From Dehalococcoidia bacterium (lineage in GTDB: Bacteria > Chloroflexota > Dehalococcoidia > Bin125): a stretch of 64,000 nucleotides of DNA. Of the stretch, positions 41,720 to 49,440 are shown in pieces (position 1 is the first letter of the stretch; each line of letters opens with the position of its first letter). The position numbers were made by a program, and so were the translations under genes. A model generated the notes under the pieces. The model was not told the DNA's origin. It made no database searches and saw only the letters and a list, made by a program, of their open reading frames with translations. Location: NCBI GenBank assembly GCA_963555985.3, contig OY820591.1, positions 544,001-608,000 of the forward strand, written 5' to 3'.

Positions 41720-42502
41720 ATGGGCAAGCTCGAGGGCAAGGTGGCGTTGATTTCCGGCGGCTCGCGGGGACAGGGCGAAGCTCAGGCGCGTCTGTTCGCT
41801 CGTGAAGGGGCCCAGGTGGCACTCGCAGACGTGCTCGACGCGGAGGGCGAACTGGTCGCCGCGAGCATCAACGACACCGGCGGGGAGGCGGTCTACCACC
41901 ACCTCGACGTGACCGAACAGAGCCAATGGAAGGCGACGGTTGAGGCCGTTGTGGAGCAGTACGGCCGGCTCGACATCCTGATCAACAACGCCGGCATCGC
42001 ACGGATCAAGTTGATCGAGGAATCGTCGCTCGAGGATTACCTCGAGGTGATCCGGATCAATCAGGTCGGCGTCTGGCTGGGCATCCAGGCCGCGATTCCC
42101 GCGCTCAGGGCAGCGGGCGGCGGTTGCATTATCAACACGTCGTCGATCGCCGGACTGCTGGGCAGCGCGGGACTGGGCGCGTATGTCTCCTCCAAGTTCG
42201 CCGTGCGCGGCCTGACCAAGGTCGCCGCGCAAGAGCTGGGCCAGTACAACATCCGCGTCAACTCCGTCCACCCAGGCCCGATCGATACGCCGATGATTCG
42301 CGATCCGCAGATCGCCACGCGCGAACCGGGCGACACCAGCTTCGAAGCTCCGATTCCGCGCGTGGGCACGACTGAGGAAGTCGCGGCGATGATGCTCTTC
42401 ATCGCGGCCGATGCCACCTACAGCACCGGCTCGGAGTTTGTGATTGATGGTGGGATGACAGCCGGGTGGTCAGTCACGCGCCAGCAGGATCGCGGCGAAT
42501 AG
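41720..42502 (+). CDS. SDR oxidoreductase (3-alpha,20-beta-HSD-like), copy A
   Basis: 'SGGSRGQG', NNAG, YVSSK, 'NSVHPG'. Confidence 0.93.
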   Translation: MGKLEGKVALISGGSRGQGEAQARLFAREGAQVALADVLDAEGELVAASINDTGGEAVYHHLDVTEQSQWKATVEAVVEQYGRLDILINNAGIARIKLIEESSLEDYLEVIRINQVGVWLGIQAAIPALRAAGGGCIINTSSIAGLLGSAGLGAYVSSKFAVRGLTKVAAQELGQYNIRVNSVHPGPIDTPMIRDPQIATREPGDTSFEAPIPRVGTTEEVAAMMLFIAADATYSTGSEFVIDGGMTAGWSVTRQQDRGE

Positions 42503-42520
42503 GTCGAAGGAGCGATTGAG

Positions 42521-43291
42521 ATGGGCAAACTCGACGGACAGGTGGCGCTGATCTCGGGCGCGGCGCGGGGCCAGGGCGAAGCGCAGGCGCGGCTGTTTGC
42601 GCGCGAGGGCGCGGCGGTGGTGCTCGGCGACGTGTTGGAGGCTGAGGGTCAGCAGGTGGCCGAGAGCATCATCGACACCGGCGGCCAGGCCACGTTCCGC
42701 AAGCTTGACGTGACCGTTGAATCCGACTGGGCCGGAATCGTTGAGCAGGCTGTCGACCAATTCGGAGGTCTCAACATCCAGATCAACAACGCCGGCATCC
42801 TCCGCGCCGGGATGATTGAGACATCCACGCTGGATGAGTACCTCGAAGTGATCGATATCAACCAGGTCGGCGTCTGGCTGGGCATCCGCGCCGCGATCGA
42901 GCCGATGCGCGCGGCTGGCGGCGGCTGCATCATCAACACCTCCTCGACCGCCGGATACGAGGGCTATCCCGGTCTGAGCGGCTACGTCTCCTCGAAGTTC
43001 GCCGTGCGCGGCATCACCAAGGTGGCCGCGCTCGAACTGGCTCAGTACAACATCCGCGTCAACTCGGTCCATCCCGGACCGATCGACACGCCGATGGTGC
43101 GCGATCCGCGCATCGGCGGCCGCAGCGAAGGCGAGATCCCGGTCGACAGTCCAATCGGACGCGCCGGCCGGCCCGATGAGGTGGCCAAGATGATGCTCTT
43201 CATCGCGGCCGACGCCACCTACAGCACCGGCGCGGAATTTCAGATCGACGGCGGCCAGATGTCGGGCCGGGGCATCCCGGTCAGCGACTAG
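42521..43291 (+). CDS. SDR oxidoreductase, copy B
   Basis: 'SGAARGQG', NNAG, YVSSK. Confidence 0.93.
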   Translation: MGKLDGQVALISGAARGQGEAQARLFAREGAAVVLGDVLEAEGQQVAESIIDTGGQATFRKLDVTVESDWAGIVEQAVDQFGGLNIQINNAGILRAGMIETSTLDEYLEVIDINQVGVWLGIRAAIEPMRAAGGGCIINTSSTAGYEGYPGLSGYVSSKFAVRGITKVAALELAQYNIRVNSVHPGPIDTPMVRDPRIGGRSEGEIPVDSPIGRAGRPDEVAKMMLFIAADATYSTGAEFQIDGGQMSGRGIPVSD

Positions 43292-43327
43292 TTTCCAGGA
43301 ATCACGGAATCCGACGGGAGGAACGAT

Positions 43328-44107
43328 ATGGGCAAGCTCGATGGACAGGTCGCGCTGATCTCCGGCGGGGCCAGAGGACAGGGAGAGGCGCAGGGCCGAC
43401 TCTTCGCCCGCGAGGGCGCAGCCGTCGCGCTCGGCGACGTGCTCGAAGAAGAAGGCCAGCGCGTCGCCGAGAGCATCAACGACAGCGGCGGCCAGGCCAT
43501 GTTCCAGAAGCTGGACGTGACCGAGGCCTCCAGTTGGCAGTCGATGATCGACGAGACCGTATCGCAGTTCGGCCGCTTGGACATTGTGATCAACAACGCC
43601 GGCATCGCCCGGATCAAGATGATCGAGGATTCCTCGTTGCAGGACTATCTCGAAGTGATCCTGGTCAACCAGCTCGGCGTCTGGCTGGGCATGAAGGCCG
43701 CGATTCCGGCGCTCAAAGAGGCCGGCGGCGGCTGCATCATCAACACCTCCTCGACCGCCGGGCTTGAGGGCTATAGCGGTCTGGGCGCCTACGTCTCGTC
43801 CAAGTTCGCCGTGCGCGGCATGACCAAAGTGGCGGCGCTGGAGCTCGCGCCCTACAACATCCGCGTCAACTCGGTCCATCCCGGCCCGATCGACACGCCG
43901 ATGGTCCGCGATCCGCAGATCCAACGGACGGACAATGTCGACCTTGACCTCGCTCGCTCTTCGCCGATCCCGCGGGTGGGCCACGTCGACGAAGTAGCCA
44001 AGATGATGCTCTTCATCGCGGCCGATGCGACCTACAGCACCGGTTCCGAGTTCGTGATCGACGGCGGCGTCACGGCCGGCTCGATGGTCGCGAGGCAAGA
44101 GGACTGA
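43328..44107 (+). CDS. SDR oxidoreductase, copy A'
   Basis: 'SGGARGQG', NNAG, YVSSK. Confidence 0.93.
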   Translation: MGKLDGQVALISGGARGQGEAQGRLFAREGAAVALGDVLEEEGQRVAESINDSGGQAMFQKLDVTEASSWQSMIDETVSQFGRLDIVINNAGIARIKMIEDSSLQDYLEVILVNQLGVWLGMKAAIPALKEAGGGCIINTSSTAGLEGYSGLGAYVSSKFAVRGMTKVAALELAPYNIRVNSVHPGPIDTPMVRDPQIQRTDNVDLDLARSSPIPRVGHVDEVAKMMLFIAADATYSTGSEFVIDGGVTAGSMVARQED

Positions 44108-44127
44108 AACGGCTGAGGAACAACGGC

Positions 44128-44154
44128 GAGATTCCCGCTTTCGCGGGAATGACG
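44128..44154. repeat. CGTC-type REP hairpin
   Basis: GAGATTCCCGCTTTCGCGGGAATGACG. Confidence 0.8.
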
Positions 44155-44173
44155 AGGTGATTGGAGCAACGAC

Positions 44174-44944
44174 ATGGGCAAGCTTGATGGACAGGTCGCG
44201 CTGATTTCCGGCGGCGCGCGCGGTCAAGGCGAACGGCAGGCGCGACTCTTCGCCCGCGAGGGGGCGGCGATCGCGATCGGCGATCTGCGGGAGGAAGACG
44301 GCAACCGCGTCGCCGAGAGCATCAACGACACCGGCGACCAGGCGATCTTCCGCAAGCTCGACGTCTCCGACCAGTCGAGTTGGGCGGAGATGGTCGAGGC
44401 CACGACCGAACAGTTCGGCAGGCTGAACATCCTGCTGAACAACGCCGCCATTCTGCGCAACGGATCGATCGAGGACACGTCGGTGCAGGAGTACCTGGAA
44501 ATGATCAAGATCAACCAGGTCGGGGTCTGGCTGGGCATCCGCGCGGCGATCAAGCCGATGCGCGAGGCCGGCGGCGGCTGCATCATCAACACCTCCTCGA
44601 CGGCCGGTCTGGAAGGCTACCCCGACTCCAGCGCCTACGTCGCCTCGAAGTTCGCCGTGCGCGGCCTGACCAAGGTCGCCGCGCTGGAGCTGGGGCCCTA
44701 CAACATTCGCGTCAACTCGGTGCATCCCGGCCCGATCGATACGCTGATGACCACGAATGAGGACACGCCTCGCCGGGCGGACGGGGAGGTGCCGGTTCGG
44801 ATGCCGATCCCGCGTTTCGGCCACGTCGACGAAGTGGCCAAGATGATGCTCTTCATCGCCGCCGACGCGACCTACAGCACCGGTTCCGAGTTTGTGCTCG
44901 ACGGCGGCCTGACCGCCGGCCGCTCCCTCGAGGTCGGCGAGTAG
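44174..44944 (+). CDS. SDR oxidoreductase, copy B'
   Basis: 'SGGARGQG', NNAA, YVASK. Confidence 0.93.
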   Translation: MGKLDGQVALISGGARGQGERQARLFAREGAAIAIGDLREEDGNRVAESINDTGDQAIFRKLDVSDQSSWAEMVEATTEQFGRLNILLNNAAILRNGSIEDTSVQEYLEMIKINQVGVWLGIRAAIKPMREAGGGCIINTSSTAGLEGYPDSSAYVASKFAVRGLTKVAALELGPYNIRVNSVHPGPIDTLMTTNEDTPRRADGEVPVRMPIPRFGHVDEVAKMMLFIAADATYSTGSEFVLDGGLTAGRSLEVGE

Positions 44945-44973
44945 CATTCCCTCCCCAACCAACGGCCGCGCGC

Positions 44974-45426
44974 TCAGTCGAGATAGCGCCGCAGCAGGGG
45001 CGTGAAGCCGGCTCTGGCGAACTCTTGGTCGGCGGTGAGGATGGTGGCGATGTTGTACTCGCGCATGATCACGATGGCGGCGCAGTCCTGGAGCGAGAAC
45101 GTGGAATCGGCGAACTCGCCGGTGTAGAGGTTGAGCGCCGCTTCGGAGAGTCGGCGGTCGTGCGGGAGGACTGTGTAGCGCGGGTCGGCGCGCAGCGACG
45201 CGATCCGTTGTCCGGCGTCGATCCGAACGGCGCGAGCCCTGCGAGTGAAATGGGCGAGCGTTTCCAGGATCACGCCCTCGCTGGTGACCAGCGGCTGCTG
45301 CGGCAAGATCTCGTTCGCTGCTGCGAGCGCGGCCGCGCGCCAGTTGTCGCGCAACGAATACAGGGCGATCAAGTGGACACTATCGACGAAGAGCGGTTCT
45401 CGATCGGGCAACGGGCGATCCGGCAT
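44974..45426 (-). CDS. PIN-domain (VapC-like) toxin, copy 2
   Basis: Acidic tetrad in 'FVDS', 'ILET', 'SLQDC', 'LTADQEF'; TGATG overlap with upstream gene. Confidence 0.85.
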   Translation of the reverse strand: MPDRPLPDREPLFVDSVHLIALYSLRDNWRAAALAAANEILPQQPLVTSEGVILETLAHFTRRARAVRIDAGQRIASLRADPRYTVLPHDRRLSEAALNLYTGEFADSTFSLQDCAAIVIMREYNIATILTADQEFARAGFTPLLRRYLD

Positions 45427-45644
45427 CAAGACTGACGCGGCACGCGAAACTGGTCCAGGTAAGCGGCCAACTCTTTCTGCGTCTCCTCCGACAGGTCCAG
45501 CGGCTCGTCGCCCCAGGTTTCGCTCAGTACCTGCTGCGTGGTGCGATGGTCGTCCTCCGGGATCGGCTTGATTGGGATGTACCAGCTCGGACGCTCGCGC
45601 GGTTCGTTGGCGTCGGTTCCGTTGGGGGTTGACTCGTCGGACAT
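45426..45644 (-). CDS. Putative antitoxin, copy 2
   Basis: Small acidic ORF coupled to the PIN gene; TAAAAT -10 and AGGAG SD upstream. Confidence 0.7.
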   Translation of the reverse strand: MSDESTPNGTDANEPRERPSWYIPIKPIPEDDHRTTQQVLSETWGDEPLDLSEETQKELAAYLDQFRVPRQS

Positions 45645-45706
45645 CTCGGACTCCTGGGTCGATTTTAGCGCCTTGCCCCAGTCTCTGCTCGGGGGCGGAG
45701 CGGTTG

Positions 45707-46159
45707 TCAATCGAGGTAGCGGCGGAGGAGGGGGGTGAAGCCGGCTCTGGCGAACTCTTGGTCGGCGGTGAGGATGCTGGTGATCCCGTACTCGCGCATG
45801 ATCACGATGGCGGCGCAGTCCTGGAGCGAGAACGTGGAATCGGCGAACTCGCCGGCGTAGAGGTCGAGGGCTGCTTCCATCAGGGCCGGTTGGTGGGGGA
45901 TGACACGGTATCCAGGATCCGCGCGTATTCCGCGAATTCGGCTGACCAGACGCTGCCGAAACGACCGAGGCGCGCGTGAGAAGTGGGCCAGCATCTCCAG
46001 CAGAACCCCGTCGCTGGTGTAGATCATCTGTTCATTATCGAGCTGCCTGGACGCGGCGATCGCTGCGCCCCGCCAATCGTCCTCTGCCGAAAACAGGGCA
46101 ATCAGATAGACGCTATCGACGAAGAGCGGCTCTCGACTTGGCAACGGGCGACCCAGCAT
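45707..46159 (-). CDS. PIN-domain (VapC-like) toxin, copy 1
   Basis: Paralogue of 44974-45426 with near-identical C-terminal third. Confidence 0.85.
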   Translation of the reverse strand: MLGRPLPSREPLFVDSVYLIALFSAEDDWRGAAIAASRQLDNEQMIYTSDGVLLEMLAHFSRAPRSFRQRLVSRIRGIRADPGYRVIPHQPALMEAALDLYAGEFADSTFSLQDCAAIVIMREYGITSILTADQEFARAGFTPLLRRYLD

Positions 46160-46389
46160 CAAGAATCGCGCGGGACCAGAAACTGGTCGAGGAATACCTT
46201 GGTCTCCGCTGCCACTTCCGGAGACAATTCCGGCGGCTCATCACCGAACAGATCTCCGAACGTGCCCTCCAGGACTTCCGCGGCTGTGCGGTGGTCATCC
46301 TCGGGACGCGGCTCGAACTCGATGTACCAGCTCGGACGCTCGCGCGGTTCGTTGGCGTCGGTTCCGTTGGGGGTTGGGTCTTGCGGCAT
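46159..46389 (-). CDS. Putative antitoxin, copy 1
   Basis: Paralogue of 45426-45644; TAGAAT -10 and AGGAG SD. Confidence 0.7.
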   Translation of the reverse strand: MPQDPTPNGTDANEPRERPSWYIEFEPRPEDDHRTAAEVLEGTFGDLFGDEPPELSPEVAAETKVFLDQFLVPRDS

Positions 46390-46512
46390 GGCGGTCTCCT
46401 GCGTCGATTCTAGCGCCGCTGCCCGGCCCTGGATTGGGGCGGGCTGTTCGGACTTGGGCGTGTTTGGCTGGGGATTTGTTGGTGGGGGTGGGAGATGGTT
46501 CGGGCGGGGGCG

Positions 46513-46881
46513 CTAGGGCTTGGCCTGAATGAGCACTTGCCCGCCTTCCTCAATGTCAATGTTCAAGTTGTGGTTGTGCAGCAGGGACATGCCCAGCAGG
46601 GGCGTCGTATCTGAGACGTAGGCAACGATCTCTCTTGGCTGGCCGTCCCAGAGCACCGTGACGCCGTAGACGTCGACTGTCGCTTCGCTGCCGTCTGCCA
46701 GGATGACTCGGTTGACGCCCCGGTAGCTCAATCCCAACTCTGCGACGATGGCCGGTCGCAGGGTGAGGAAGCGGGTGAACCCGGTGTCGACCACGGCGTC
46801 CACGTTGCGGGCTTGTCCGGCCGGACCTCGGAGGGGAAGGGCGACCACCGCCTCGTAGGCTGCGTTCACCGTTCCCTGCAT
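46513..46881 (-). CDS. Clan AA aspartic protease (AF_0612-like)
   Basis: 'DAVVDTGF', 'LADGS', 'PLLGMSLL'. Confidence 0.85.
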   Translation of the reverse strand: MQGTVNAAYEAVVALPLRGPAGQARNVDAVVDTGFTRFLTLRPAIVAELGLSYRGVNRVILADGSEATVDVYGVTVLWDGQPREIVAYVSDTTPLLGMSLLHNHNLNIDIEEGGQVLIQAKP

Positions 46882-47180
46882 CACTCGGCCCTGGGCAGCG
46901 CGCCGCCGCCGATGCTGGCGACCGCGCGGTAGCCCACGCGAAGCAGCCAGATGTCGATGGCATCGGGCCGGGCCTTGCGCAGACGGTCCGATGCAGCCAG
47001 TTCGCTTTCGGCGACGGCCCAGTGGCGGCTGTCCACGTCGATGGCGACGTACTGGCCGTCGTGCCTGGCCTCCACCAACGCTTTGATCTCCCGACGGTAG
47101 ATCTGATCGCCGAGGCGGGCGGTTTCTTGGTTGGGTCGGCGTTCGCGTTGTTCGCGGGTTGGGCCGTTGGGGGTGGACAC
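46881..47180 (-). CDS. DUF5678-like small protein
   Basis: 'GDQIY..EI...VE..HDGQYVAIDVDS', 'LLRVG'; GTG start at end of the linker repeat; TGATG overlap with the protease. Confidence 0.7.
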   Translation of the reverse strand: MSTPNGPTREQRERRPNQETARLGDQIYRREIKALVEARHDGQYVAIDVDSRHWAVAESELAASDRLRKARPDAIDIWLLRVGYRAVASIGGGALPRAE

Positions 47181-47263
47181 GATGCGGCCTCGCTTCCTGA
47201 GGCCAGTGTAGGCAATCCCCGGTTCCGGCTTCACGCCGGAACCCGCGCGGCGGCGGGCGGCGG
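47178..47263 (-). repeat. Conserved linker (hairpin, TACACT -10, SD-like, GTG), copy 2
   Basis: Near-identical to 48193-48279. Confidence 0.9.
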
Positions 47264-47445
47264 CTACTTGGGCACGGCGGTGATCTTGAGCTTCAGGGAG
47301 CGGCCCTGCGCGATCGGATTCCAGCTGTTCCCGGAGTAGTTCACCGAGTTCGCGATGCTCCAGCCGTTGCCGGACGGCTTGCCGATGGCGGCCTTGCTGG
47401 AGGCTGCCCTGATTGGACACGCTGGCGGTGAGGTTGCGCGGGTAG
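47264..47445 (-). pseudogene. Orphan 3' fragment of a surface-protein gene, variant 2
   Basis: Reads PSGNGWSIANSVNYSGNSWNPIAQGRSLKLKITAVPK*, homologous to the end of 49441-53766; no start; an out-of-frame 'LTASVSNQ' piece upstream suggests an internal deletion. Confidence 0.85.
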
Positions 47446-47446
47446 C

Positions 47447-47896
47447 TCAACGTCGGCCGGCGAGCGTGGCGACTGCGACCATGGCGCGTTCTTGCGGCGG
47501 CGCCGCGTTGAAGTCGATGATCGCCCCTTCGGCCCGGTCGATCCACGCCAGGACCTGAGTGAGCGCAAAGTTCGCGTCAGGGTTGTAGTCGGCGTTCTCA
47601 CGCGCCTTCTTGATACTTCCAATGATGAAGGCGAAATGTTGCACCTGTGGGCTGAACAGATGAGGCCACCCGTGCAGCGGGTTCTCGGCGCGGTAATGGC
47701 GCAGCGAGCGGTAGGTCGCCGTCCAGTCGGATTGATTGGCCAGCGTTCGGGGCCCCACGATCAGGTTGGCGTTGCTGGCCGCCAGCGCGTGGAACATGGC
47801 GTAGTAGGCCGTGCTGACCGCGCGCCGCAAGGCTTCCTGGGAAGGTTGACCGTTGGCGAGCTGACGGCTCGCGCGGATCAGTTCTACCCAATCCAC
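47447..47896 (-). CDS. HEPN-domain protein
   Basis: 'RRAVSTAYYAMFH' and 'RENADY' motifs. Confidence 0.8.
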   Translation of the reverse strand: MDWVELIRASRQLANGQPSQEALRRAVSTAYYAMFHALAASNANLIVGPRTLANQSDWTATYRSLRHYRAENPLHGWPHLFSPQVQHFAFIIGSIKKARENADYNPDANFALTQVLAWIDRAEGAIIDFNAAPPQERAMVAVATLAGRR

Positions 47897-48195
47897 GGCG
47901 CGCCCAACTGGTCGGCGTCGCTCTCGGAGACGTAGGAGATGGACGGGAGCGCGTGGATGCCGGCCTCACGCAACGCCCGGTGCAAGTAGGCGTCATAGGA
48001 GTTCAGCCGGGGGATGTCGAGGATGCTCGGATCGCCCTCGTAGATCACCCAGACATCGACGAACGGGACGCCGTCGAAGTCTTCGTCGGGCTTGGTCCAG
48101 ACCTGGCGCCAGGGCAACTTGCCCTGGTGGTGGTCGTCCAAGGTGCCGAGGATGATCTCCCTGGCCTGTTCCGCCTGCTCTGCGGTGATCATCAC
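47884..48195 (-). CDS. Small protein upstream of HEPN, possibly degenerate MNT-like partner
   Basis: Overlaps the HEPN start; acidic 'DEDFDG..FVDVWV' strand; GTG start at end of the linker repeat. Confidence 0.55.
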   Translation of the reverse strand: MMITAEQAEQAREIILGTLDDHHQGKLPWRQVWTKPDEDFDGVPFVDVWVIYEGDPSILDIPRLNSYDAYLHRALREAGIHALPSISYVSESDADQLGAPWIG

Positions 48196-48279
48196 GATGC
48201 GGCCTCGCTTCCCGAGGCCAGTGTAGGCAATCCCCAGTTCCGGCTTCACGCCGGAACCCGCGCGGCGACGGGCGGGCGC
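48193..48279 (-). repeat. Conserved linker, copy 1
   Basis: Near-identical to 47178-47263. Confidence 0.9.
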
Positions 48280-48447
48280 CTACTTTTGCGTGGCGGTGAC
48301 CTTGAGCTTCATGGCGGCGTTGCTGGGATCCAGCGCCTATGAGCCTTGCTGGTAGCGCGTGCCGTTGGCGAGGCTCCAGCCGTTGCCGCTCGGCGTCAGA
48401 GTCTCGTTGTTACTCGCTGCGCCCGGCAGGTAGACGGCGTTGCCGCT
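48280..48447 (-). pseudogene. Orphan 3' fragment of a surface-protein gene, variant 1
   Basis: Reads ETLTPSGNGWSLANGTRYQQGS*ALDPSNAAMKLKVTATQK*; in-frame TAG (48337-48339) where the other copies have Trp. Confidence 0.85.
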
Positions 48448-48697
48448 ACTGCAACACGCCTGCCGGCGAGATGGTTGTGAGCGTGTTGCCCTCGGGTATC
48501 GTGATCGTAGACAGGGGACTTGGCTCCGGCGCCCGCTGCCCGTTCGCCTCCATGCTGGCAATCCAGTCGCGCATGGCGTCTTCCGCATTGCGCACGACCT
48601 CATCCAGGGTGTCGCCCATGGCGACGCAGCCCGGCAAATCCGGGAAGACCGCCCCGTACGCGCCCGTCTCGCCGTCGATCAGCACTGGATACTTCAC
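48446..48697 (-). CDS. hicB: HicB-family antitoxin (short, possibly 3'-truncated)
   Basis: 'YGAVFPDLPGCVAMGDTLDE...NAEDA'; own GGAGG SD and GTG. Confidence 0.8.
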   Translation of the reverse strand: MKYPVLIDGETGAYGAVFPDLPGCVAMGDTLDEVVRNAEDAMRDWIASMEANGQRAPEPSPLSTITIPEGNTLTTISPAGVLQ

Positions 48698-48698
48698 G

Positions 48699-48871
48699 CT
48701 AGTCCTCCCATCCGGCGGCGGCGGCGATACTGCGGGCGACTGCGGGCGACACAGTGCGATGCTATCGCGCAGATTCGGGTGTCGGTAGATGTCGTGATTG
48801 CCGCCCCGACGCTCCAGATACCAGCCTTCCCGCAGCAACCGACGTCGGATCCTGCGGGTTTGCAGTTCCAT
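48699..48871 (-). pseudogene. hicA: Frameshifted HicA-family toxin
   Basis: 'LLREGWYLERRGGNHDIYRHP' start; native-looking end 'VARSIAAAAGWED*' in another frame; 10-bp tandem duplication at 48731-48750. Confidence 0.75.
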
Positions 48872-48897
48872 GATGTCAATCTACCGCCTCGGGCCAG

Positions 48898-48941
48898 TGT
48901 CTGAATCGGGATTGTTGGGATTGTGGGATTTTCAGGATGGG
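48898..48941. repeat. 44-bp GGGATT-unit direct repeat, copy 1
   Basis: TGTCTGAATCGGGATTGTTGGGATTGTGGGATTTTCAGGATGGG; 3 mismatches to 49391-49434. Confidence 0.85.
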
Positions 48942-48948
48942 CGGGCGG

Positions 48949-49332
48949 CTAGCTGAAGAGTTGCGCGAGCTGGGCGGCGACGATGAAGGCGATGGCGGCG
49001 CGGGTCAACCAGCGCTCGGTGTTGCTGCGCTGGTTGGCTTCGTCGAACTTGGCCAGCATCAGCTTCTCCAGATCGGCGAAGCGTTGATCCATCTGCCGCT
49101 GGATGTCGCTGAAGCGGATTTCCATTTCGCGCTGCAACTGATCGCGCAGGTCGGCGAGGCCGTCTTTGAGTTCCTGCTTGGTCGCCGTCTGCGAGAGCAC
49201 GCGGGTCAGGCCGAGCTCGAAGGCGAGGCGGTAGGCCTTTGCCTGCGGCTCTTCCATGCCCGCTTCGGCCAGATCCTCTTCGAGGCGCTCGGACCAGATG
49301 TCCAGCGTTGGGTCGGCCTGCTGCGTGGTCAT
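48949..49332 (-). CDS. DUF1640/CCDC90-like coiled-coil protein
   Basis: 'LAEAGMEEPQAKA' head, 'ATKQEL' neck, coiled coil, hydrophobic C-terminus. Confidence 0.75.
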   Translation of the reverse strand: MTTQQADPTLDIWSERLEEDLAEAGMEEPQAKAYRLAFELGLTRVLSQTATKQELKDGLADLRDQLQREMEIRFSDIQRQMDQRFADLEKLMLAKFDEANQRSNTERWLTRAAIAFIVAAQLAQLFS

Positions 49333-49390
49333 GCTCGGCTTCCTTGAGGCTCAGGATAGGCGCTCCCTCCCGCCCCGGATGGGGATGGGA

Positions 49391-49434
49391 TGTCTGAATC
49401 GGGATTGTCGGGATTGCGGGATTTTCGGGATGGG
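49391..49434. repeat. 44-bp GGGATT-unit direct repeat, copy 2
   Basis: See 48898-48941. Confidence 0.85.
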
Positions 49435-49440
49435 GGCCGG

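Noticed and set aside
42470-44962. 830-aa minus-strand repetitive ORF
   Set aside because: Antisense shadow of the tandem SDR genes
48337-48339. Recoded TAG (pyrrolysine) in the adhesin tip
   Set aside because: Aligns with Trp in the other copies, so a TGG-to-TAG nonsense change is simpler; no pyl genes seen
44974-49440. Classical integron cassette array
   Set aside because: No intI gene and no RYYYAAC...GTTRRRY attC sites recognised; several genes carry their own promoters
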